Source: Tubiluchus corallicola (lineage: Eukaryota; Animalia; Priapulida). From it: DNA of 64,000 nt. The stretch spans positions 560,282-624,281 of the forward strand of contig JAQGDQ010000016.1 in NCBI GenBank assembly GCA_030141605.1, given 5' to 3'. Both the position numbers and the translations under genes were made by a program. Below, piece by piece: positions 43,939 through 56,795 of this stretch (its first letter is position 1; every line of letters begins with the position of its first letter). The notes under the pieces were generated by a model. That model did no database searches. It was not told the DNA's origin and saw only the letters and a program-made list of their open reading frames with translations.

Positions 43939-46900
43939 AAATAATATATTTATATTAATATATATATATATATAATATATAATATGTATATATTAAGTAA
44001 ATATACAAAAAACCATTTAAGCAACAAAAACTGCACATTTGAATTTTCCATACAATTTGCTAACAGCAAACGGCTTTTCGTTGAACATCCTCAGTGAGAT
44101 CTCAAACTGGCTAGTTGGTCTGGAAAAAACGAAATTACCACACTTTTTTAACGCGTATAACACCTATTATTATTATCATTATGTCGTATTGCATATACAA
44201 CATATGCAACTATTTTTGTATTCGGATATGTCCAAGACAAGTATTGTACTGTTTTGTCTGGTTTTGTTTAACTTTTTTTACCTTGTATATGCCAAAGATA
44301 CCTTTTGATATGAAATTATTACCAAACGTCTAACTGTTATTTCGTTTTACTGTAATTAAGTTTCATAGGATCTCATTGAGGAAATTAATGGAGAAAGGAT
44401 GCTTAGAAACTGTACATCAAATACAAAAAATACGCGATTTTGTTGCTTAATGATTATTATTAGATTCAATTATTATTTTGTTTCCACCTCGAAACACAGG
44501 CACTATCTGAATTGCGTGAGTGACCAATTACTGACAAATTACATTACAGCCAAATTACATTTAGCGCAGCCAAATAAGTACTCGTTGAAGACACTGCATT
44601 TTTTCTTTATGTGTATACCAGTTAACCACGTTAAGTATGCGACGATGCATTACTTATGGTGAACCAGCCATTCAATATAGCGTTCAACATTTGGTCGAAT
44701 GTGACACGTCCAATGATGGCTGCAATGGTGGATGGCCGACATTTGCGCTGAAATGGATTCAGGCTAACTACGTAACTAAGAATGCCGTTTATCCTTATGT
44801 AGAAACGGTAAAAATCGAGCATTTCGTGTATTCAGTTAACAAATCTGTTACGGCGCGTTCAGACTAGAAAATTTTCTGCCTGAAAATAAACTCACAAGTG
44901 TGAATGGCTTTGCGAGTTCTCTCGGCAAATTTGCAAACTCTTCGGAGTTGCTGAGAATTCCCTCCGACAAGAAGCGCTCAGCATAACGCGACAGAACACG
45001 TTGTGAGAGAGAACTCGTGAGAGAAAACTCTCTGGTCTGAACGCGCTGTAAAACAGATAATTTAAAGAGTTTAGAATATAACTGAGAATAATACTACTAT
45101 TAGTATTATTTCAAAATCAACCCTGTGTGCGTTACTCATAAATTACTGTTATTACAAGAAGAACACCTTCAATTGGTCAACTATTATGTAAAATGTAAAT
45201 TGCATGTATAATGTTACCTTATTGCTATATAATAATGATTTAATACAGTTAAACCAAGATCTCAAAGAATTTTAATCTTACATTACTTAACATTATAACA
45301 ATGTTTAATCATTGGCATTACATTACCTTACTTCACCATTACTTTAATCGTATTAAGTAATTATTAAGTTATGAATAAATAACATATTCCCCTTCCTTTA
45401 AAGGGGCCTAATATGGGGAAATTGATCAAAAACCAATAGGTCAAAAACATGCCGTCTTCGTGTGTTTAAAGTGTTTCCTTAGTTTGTAATTTATTTTAAT
45501 GTATTTAATGTATGTCAATCGCATAAAAACAATGTGTTTGGATACTTAGCAAAGTTGCTATCTTGGTAGAGAGATTTGACTCTGCCTTCTCACAGTCCCT
45601 AAATTTTTTGAAGCTTAATGTTCTTGTTTGCTAAAATAGAGTAAGTAAATTTGTAGACTATTTTAATTAATAATAACTATCATGTCTACTGCAGGGTGGT
45701 ACATAACTCTTTACTTGGGGAAGAAAAACAACAAGTAACAATACAGAACAATTTATTACATTAAAGTATTGTTCAAACAATATCGAATCTAAAACACTCT
45801 CAAAATTTGGTGTGGAAGACTCATACCTTTTACACAGACTGCAATGTTGAGGGGTGTGACTGGAGCGACTAGTGTAGAACTCAAGATTCCTCAGATATCT
45901 AACAATCTTATCTGTTAAATATTGATCAGTTTCATGATTTTTTACCGTTTTAACATCCTGTTTGTCTTTCAGGATAGCTCTTGTGTGTGGTGGGGCTGAG
46001 ATCTGACGAATTTCAAGGGCATTTAATTCAATCAGAAAAATTAATCCCAAAGAGTTTCCAGGAAGCGCAAAGCTTTCATACTTAACTTTGAGGGCATGGT
46101 AGATTCTCTATTGTTTTAGCAAGCCTTTGATGTAATAGTTTGTTCTGTTTTTGTTTCTGTATATAAAATGTTATGCACCACCACGTACAATGTGCGTACC
46201 ACCCTCTGGAAAGCAACGCGCAATAATAGCACAAAGCATTTTGTTGCATGAAACTTTTGCTGAAACAGTAGAGAATCTATCACGTCTCCAGTCGTCTCAC
46301 ACAATCGACTATTTGAAGACTAGTGGTGATCGAAGCAAGCAACCCGAGAACTCTGTTATTGTTTTTTCGATCGAACTGAAAGACCTGAAAATCATCCCTA
46401 CCAAACACACTGTAGCCTATTCTGATAGACAGAACTCAGGCTAATGTAATTTAAGAACATGTCACAGATTGATATTCAAAAGTTATGTTTCTAAGACACC
46501 TTTAAGAAGCGTTCAGAGATCTTGAGTTCCACCGTGATCTGTTCAATCATCTCCATCAAAATTGCAGTCTGTGCGCGACGTCCGAGACTATCCCACTAAA
46601 TATTGAAGGCAGTAACGTGCCACTCTGTTTAATGTCTTCAGAAGTTTGATTGTTCAAGTAACGTTGCGAATGCTGAGAAAATAGAGGGGCAGAATCTTCT
46701 AGCAGGAGCATATCAATACAGCGGCTGGTAAGTTCCTGTTTTCTCTCAATAACTGTGCAGATGTGAATTATATCGTAAACACAATGCATTAAATTATACT
46801 GAGTAAAATATACTGGAAGATTACTGTACCCAAAATTGCTGCCGAAGAAGACTTATAATTATTGTTCATCATTGTCGTTCATCATAATTATGCCCATTAC

Positions 46901-48190
46901 GTCTACTATAGACATTGGGCACGCAGACTTCTAAAAATTAAAGTAAAATCATCTCTGAAGTGGCGTTGACAACTCAGTGGCAAAGCAGTACGTAATTTGT
47001 TTTTGCTAAATTACTGCTGAGCTTACCTGTCTTAAGGTGAGATTTTTTATTTTATTATTACATTAGAATAATCTTAAACAGTTACTTATGCCAATAAGGT
47101 ACTTTTTTATCAATAACATCGTTTTCTTGTTTGCGTACAAACACAGGGGTGAAGACGCCCTTCTGCGAGGTTTACAAACTGGTCCAGTGATAGTTCTTAC
47201 TGCTCTAAACAGGAAACTGGAGAGTTACAAAAAAGGCAAGCACAATAAAAAATACTGCAGATTAAAAGTATGTCACTATATAAGTCACTTGTTAAGGATA
47301 AATGTTTGAATGTGTGTAAAAAATGTTGATTCTGTGTTCATTTAAAATAAGGTATATTTGACAATAATGACGAGCAATTCTCAGGCGAAATAGGACATGC
47401 ACTCACTGTCATTGGGTATACAGAAGAGTATTGGATTGCCCAAAATAGGTAGGTGCTATAATTTGACACAAGCTGGATAATTAATCCCTGTTTGCAGTGG
47501 CCCGAGTGCAACATACTGTTCTCATAATCTAACAATTTTAATTTTTAATTATCCAACCATTGCTGCTATTTAGAATTAAAGTTCAATCTGTTACATTATC
47601 CTAATCTTAAAATAGTTTAAACACTGAATTTGAAGATACTGGTGAAAATGACGTCTGGTACCTACAGTACTCTCACTTTTTGTTGTTTAGAAGCTGTTTC
47701 TTTAATGAATCATTGCTTCATTAAATACAATGTGGTTAGCATTAAATGCAATGCATTAGCTATGTGGTTACAGAAAAATTATTACTTTGTTACGAAGTTA
47801 AGCAACGCTGTCTTGGTTTTTAAATGAATGAGTGTCCCCGGTGAAAACAAGGCCTAAGCAGTTGAACCTACCAGATTTTTATTTTCTGTCTTTGGGGGAG
47901 GATTTATAAGAGCACTAATAAAGCAAATGTTATTATACTGGTATATTTGCGCTAATATTGCGCGTTTGCTTCCAGTTCCTGTTTTTTTCAGGAACCGAAA
48001 TTCGCGCAAAAAAGTGTAATCGAAACGAACAAACTATATGGTTTCATATGGCGGCTCTTTGAACTTGTTTTGTTATCGTTTCAGTTGGGGTACCGAATGG
48101 GGTGAAGATGGTTTCATTCGAATATTACGGAAAAAATCTGGATACGGTGTGATTGGCATAAACTTGTACGCAATATGGCCACGAGTATAG
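38999..48190 (+). CDS. Divergent papain-family (C1A) protease, paralog 3, with a long hydrophobic N-terminal segment; possibly disabled in exon 6
   Basis: Exons 38999(or 39041)-39263, 40047-40186, 40992-41162, 42039-42068, 44622-44807, candidate 46912-46991 (in-frame TAA), 47147-47235 (GC donor), 47352-47448, 48085-48190. Motifs IPTWEVYK, QGKCNSCWA, GCNGGWP, GHAL, QNSWG; AATAAA at 48317. Confidence 0.8.
39612..39945. mobile_element. hAT-type MITE
   Basis: TIRs CAGAGCCGGATTAT / ATAATTCGGCCCTG; 8-bp flanks CTCCTGAC and CTACTGAT (6/8 match) consistent with an aged 8-bp TSD. Confidence 0.75.
41641..41884. repeat. Compound (ATT)n/(ATC)n microsatellite
   Basis: Directly visible. Confidence 0.96.
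42230..43900 (+). mobile_element. Decayed, internally deleted non-LTR retrotransposon ORF2 (APE endonuclease plus linker; CR1/L2/Jockey-like) in intron 4 of paralog 3
   Basis: APE motifs IGITET, RKDR...GAVVIYI, ILIMGDFNID, SSTLIDH and SDH across frameshifts. ORF 43018-43620 resembles the linker (LHAPYK, WTT, YKKARN, W..IK, IANALN.TF). No RT core is visible; AATAAA plus an ATT/AT tail lies near 43888. Confidence 0.8.
44851..45048. mobile_element. PIF/Harbinger (Tourist-like) MITE
   Basis: ~27-bp imperfect TIRs CGGCGCGTTCAGACTAGAAAATTTTCT / AGAAAACTCTCTGGTCTGAACGCGCTG with TTA and TAA flanks. Confidence 0.8.
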
Positions 48191-50857
48191 CTTCAACAGA
48201 ATGACATGGCTGCGAGATACCACGTTTTGCACGCACTGCTGCATAAATTCATTAAGACTGTTTCAGAATAATTAATTTATACCATCATTGTTTTCTCGGT
48301 TTTGTTGAGGCGCTAAAATAAATAATTGCAGTTCACATCAAAATTTTTGTCGTTTCGTCAGTTCTTTGGATGAACATGTGCATAATAGTTTTTACTCTTT
48401 TAAATTTTAATCCCTTTTCAAGTTTCTAGAGTAAACATGGGCTAATACAATGGAACTCTCAGTTACAGGCTTACAGCTCTATAAAAGTCAACAGAAAACT
48501 TAGAAAAAACTAAAAGAGCACCATCTTGCAGTCATAATGTAAACCAATATACTGCCAATTATTATCCCGATAATTATAAACTTTGTTCGATGTACGCGTT
48601 ATAATACTGTCGTTTGAAAAATTATTTTTACTTCTAAGCTTGTATATTTAATCGTGTGAGGTGCTCACTGCACCTTCAGTATTAGATACTCATTGTGTAT
48701 AAATGCAAGATAACTGCATTGCATTTAGAATGTGCAGACAAGAATATCAAGGCTATGAGGTAATCTTTGCATTATTATGAATGTTAATATAAACAAAATT
48801 GTATCTACGTATACATTATATTAAATTATAGACAAACTAAATTCGGCCAATAAACGAGTAACACATTTTTCTGGGGACGTCACATTGGTTTCGGGAGATA
48901 GAAGAATCTGACATTTTTAAATGCTCACTTACGTAGCACGCATCAGTCTTATTTTTTTGTTTTAATAATTCGGTATTAATAATAAATTTTAAAAACTGAA
49001 CGTATTCGTAGCAAAACCGCCAAGTGTTGGTTAGCCCTAACTGTTAGAAGCCATCAAAATGTTATTTCCAAGAAGTATTTATTTATATTAGGTATTTCAC
49101 ATATTATTATGCTTATGCAATTATTTTAAATGGTTTTCTAAAACTCTTTTCAGTTAATTTTTTTTTCGTTGTTATTATTATTATTATTGTTTTGATGATG
49201 ATAACTGAATGAAAAAAATCATGAAAAAGACCACGACACCTTTCATCATCGTTATCATAATCGTCATCGTCATCCCTGCTGTCGTCGACATCAGTTTAAT
49301 CATCCACTCAAAACGAATAATTATAGGGATTCATATCCGTGGAAGGTTTTCATGCGCCTGATATTCCGAGACTGGAGACACACTTTCTCCCACAGATGAT
49401 ACAGGTAAAATCGAGATGGAAACTGGCAAAGGCACCAACGCCTCGTCCTTCTTTACATCGCATTCTCTTTTCCTCGGTCTTCTGTCCTAGCTTTCTTTCA
49501 AATGATTTGACGCCAAGGTGGACTGCAGGCTATAGTAGACTATTCAATCGAGACCGTCAACATCAATATCAAACTAAATAAATTGAATATCGCTAGGAAG
49601 TAGTTATTTTGGTTGTTTCTCATTATGTAGATATCATTATGATAGTTTTCCATTTATGAGCAGTTTTAAGAGCACATTTAGCATTTGATTTGCTGTTTTT
49701 ATTTTACTAGCTTAAATTATATCTTAATCAGAGCTATGCTGTGTTATTCTTAAGCTTTGCTGAAATAATGTGAAATTAGATACCGTAGACCCTACGTGCA
49801 ATAGGTGAATAATTTTTTGTGCGCTAAATTTGTTTATTCCCACTGATTTGGCTTACTGTGGGTGTAAGGTAATCTCTACTAAAATTAGTATGATGTTGAA
49901 AGTCCTACAAATCTGTTGCTCAAATTTAAAATATTATTATTATGACAATATTATACACACTAATTATGTACATTAATTACATCGTTTTAATATGTTCCAC
50001 GTAAATAAGGTAGCATACATTGGAGCCAAAGGAAGAGCGTGGTTACAAAAACAAATATTATATGTACCAACAATAACTCTCGGTACAACGTTTAAATTAT
50101 GTTTTACATACATTTACGTTGAGTAGTAATTATAAGTGAAGTGAAATTAGATTTAACCAGACAATGGTTTATGTGACTAGAACATATATGTAAACAGAAT
50201 GGTTTACATAAAACGCGATTGTCTCATTTGTTCACATATACTATTTGGTGAAAGCTTCGTTATCCGAAGCAAAACTGCTGGTAGTCAATTGCTGAACTTC
50301 ATAAACAATATCATATATCATATCAGGTTGACAATATCGTTTACTCTCATTAAAACCATGTATTAATTACCTGCTAAACTGTCAAGATTATATTGACGTA
50401 TATGGACAATATATGTGTTTACGTATTTGCAAGACTACAACAGTTTTAAAGTGTGTTCTCTTAATCACCATTTATGGTGTTTGCTGACACTGAAATTTCC
50501 GAGTAAGGAGACTTTTGAGAATATCACTGTCTGCACATTCATATTAAGAATACCAATGCTTAAGTCCTTTTGGTCCTTCATCATCGTCCATACCACCAAA
50601 TTGTAAAGAAAATTATTACGGTATATGGTCAGCAATTTAAGTCTAACAAATATTAAAGTATTATATAAAGTATAGCTGTTTTCAGGAAAACGATATAAAA
50701 GCTGCAAATAACACGAATGACGAGGCAGGTAATGCAAATATGTAGCCAGTAGCCTACTCTCTGGTGAAAGCACAATGACGGAAAAGTTGGTCACAGGACA
50801 AGTCGTGTATACATGTGCGTAAGGTAGAAAAGTTCAGTAATAATGATGAGAACGAAT

Positions 50858-54475
<3,618 letters not shown>

Positions 54476-54575
54476 CTTAAAAATCAGTCACTATGATCAC
54501 AATTTTAAGCACTGCAACAATTTATAGCAAACATAACTTGTGTATTGAGAACCCCCTTTTCCATTTAAGCTATAT

Positions 54576-55005
54576 TGTGCTGATTTGTTTAAACTTGTGT
54601 TGCCCCCTCTTTTCTGTTATAAACTGGTTTCCTTTTAAACAGGTCATGTGACCAGACTTTTACCTGTACACTTACCTGTAGATTGGAGTAACTCAGGTGT
54701 TCACACACTGCAGTGACAAATTGTTTAGCGTCAGTCATTGATTTGTTGTTATAATTTCATAATTACACTTATAGAAGATCACCATGTAAGTTGATTTCTT
54801 AATTTCTTAAATGTTAAACTTTGTTTATTAAAAAGACTAGAGATTAGATTGTGTAATTTACCTAAAAGTTTGTTAAAGTTAATTAGATCAATTTAGTTTA
54901 GATTTCGCCGTAAAATTGAGTAAATTTATCTTATTTGTTTTCAGATTAAACGATACAAGCTACACAATTATGTTGTTGGAGTTTTTTTTATAAGAAGGTA
55001 GCACA
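54576..55005 (+). repeat. 5' LTR
   Basis: Matches 61956-62385 with 7 substitutions (all transitions) and no indels. Confidence 0.98.
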
Positions 55006-55235
55006 GTTTAATATGATTCTGGGTGTAATTGACATGGACGACAGCTATACCGTGTGTCCTTGAGCCAAGCTGGTATCTGGGGCAACACTGCAGAGCGGTT
55101 TAACTTCGAGCTATGCTACGTGTTCTGGACTATACCTGATAGTATTATATTGACAATGAAGCCAGCGCTGCTGTACGATACTACAGGATTTTACATTACC
55201 AGCAAGTAGAAATATATTTGGACTTTTAAAGCAAA

Positions 55236-56795
55236 ATGACTGATCCTTCAAACCAAATTCAGTTGAGAAAACTTGAACTTAAAAATAAAAAGCAAGAAGA
55301 ATTAAGAGATATCCTTCGTGAAAGAGGGTTGATAGTTCATGGTAATAAAGCTGAATTAGTCACGAGGATAATCGAAGATGAGCAGTCACGATTGCAAGCA
55401 GCAAGCACTCATGACAAGGAAGCCGGAGCTGATGCGGATGAAAAATCAGCAAAAGCAACTTCAGAGCGGAAAAGCAAGCATAGCGCAAAGGGAGCTGAGA
55501 GGGATTCTCAATTCGCATCTTCCAAGACAGCTTCAAAGATGAGTGAGAGAAAGTTACGACTTCATGAACTGAAAATACAAGAGCAGGAATTAAAGCTGCA
55601 AGCAATGAAAATAAGGCATGAACGTTTGCAGAGTGAATTCTCAGGTGAGCAGAAGTCGCAGGTAACTGGCATTGAACCAGCCAATTATGTGGCGCCACCT
55701 GTTGCCGAAAAATCGACTAAACAAAAGGTCGCTGAGTGGTTGAAGCAATCTGAAGACGTATCTGCAGATTTGCAACAAATAAGTGGAAAGCTTGAAGGCT
55801 CCAATAGTACAAATAAATACAAAACGGAAGCCTTCGTAACTCTTGCAACAAATGACAAGTATGCTTTAGGCGCTTTAGTTTTAGCAAGCAGCCTGCGTCG
55901 TGTTAGTACAGCTCGTTACTTAACTGTCATGGTCACAAATAATATATCGCAAAATATGATGAGGCATCTTCGCGATAAATTTGACTATGTTCAACTAGTT
56001 GAAACAATAGATAGTAATGATCCAGAAAACCTGTATGTATTAGGAAGACCTGAGCTGAATGTAACCTATACCAAATTACATTGTTGGCGCCTCACACAGT
56101 TTAGCAAGTGTATTTTCTTGGACGCCGATACGTTGGTCCTGCAAAACATTGATGAACTCTTCCAAAGAAAAGAGTTTTCAGCAGCACCTGACGTCGGATG
56201 GCCCGACTGTTTTAATAGCGGCGTGTTTGTGTTTCAGCCAAGTATTGACACGTTCAATCGACTTGTTTCGTTTGCGACGTCCACGGCTAGCACGTTTGAC
56301 GGAGGTGACCAAGGAATGCTAAACCAGTACTTTAGTAATTGGGCTACAGATTATGAAAAACATTTACCTTTCGTTTACAATACTGCAATGCAAGGGCAAT
56401 ATAGTTACCAAAACGCCATCAAGAATTTCGGCGAGAATATCAAAGTTGCTCATTTTATAGGTGCACACAAGCCTTGGGATGATATCCATAATTCACGACA
56501 CAGGTACGTGGCTCCTCCTATGGGCGACGCAAGGTATGAATCAAGAATATTCAGCGAGTGGTTTCATATTTACAATGCTGACGTTATGCCTATGTTACAG
56601 AAGCAACGTAAATGTAATGAAGCGCGATATAATTTCCGTGATTTTAAAAACTTGCCCGCAGATGACTTAAATGTTTCAGCACCCACATTTGCCCCCGGGT
56701 TTCCAAGTAAAAGCGTGAGCCTTTGCTCAACCTCATACGTAGGCAAACATAAACAACTGCCAGCAACGTCGGCTATAGATGAACCTACTCGCTGA
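55236..56795 (+). CDS. N-terminal Gag-side ORF (519 aa): SAP domain, coiled coil, glycogenin (GT8) catalytic domain, PAM2-like motif; in frame with downstream Gag-Pol across one TGA
   Basis: SAP pattern EELRDILRERGLIVHGNKAELVTRI; glycogenin motifs AFVTLATND.Y, TKLHCW.LTQFSKCIFLDAD, SAAPD.GWPDCFNSGVFV, FDGGDQG.LN, HLPF.YN, YSY, HFIG..KPW; then LNVSAPTFAP. Confidence 0.95.
   Translation: MTDPSNQIQLRKLELKNKKQEELRDILRERGLIVHGNKAELVTRIIEDEQSRLQAASTHDKEAGADADEKSAKATSERKSKHSAKGAERDSQFASSKTASKMSERKLRLHELKIQEQELKLQAMKIRHERLQSEFSGEQKSQVTGIEPANYVAPPVAEKSTKQKVAEWLKQSEDVSADLQQISGKLEGSNSTNKYKTEAFVTLATNDKYALGALVLASSLRRVSTARYLTVMVTNNISQNMMRHLRDKFDYVQLVETIDSNDPENLYVLGRPELNVTYTKLHCWRLTQFSKCIFLDADTLVLQNIDELFQRKEFSAAPDVGWPDCFNSGVFVFQPSIDTFNRLVSFATSTASTFDGGDQGMLNQYFSNWATDYEKHLPFVYNTAMQGQYSYQNAIKNFGENIKVAHFIGAHKPWDDIHNSRHRYVAPPMGDARYESRIFSEWFHIYNADVMPMLQKQRKCNEARYNFRDFKNLPADDLNVSAPTFAPGFPSKSVSLCSTSYVGKHKQLPATSAIDEPTR
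55824..56597 (+). other. GYG1: Captured, intronless glycogenin catalytic domain (about residues 197-454 of the ORF)
   Basis: Colinear with human glycogenin-1 residues ~3-265 as I recall the sequence, at an offset of about 194: D296-A-D298 = D102/D104 and Y389 = acceptor Y195. The symbol indicates family, not orthology. Confidence 0.95.

Noticed and set aside
55236-56795. Calling this ORF the host glycogenin gene
   Set aside because: It is intronless, lies inside paired LTRs with a TSD, is in frame with Gag-Pol and lacks the synthase-binding C-terminus.
56793-56795. Selenocysteine reading of the in-frame TGA
   Set aside because: The position is in a variable linker, with no aligned Cys and no SECIS evident.
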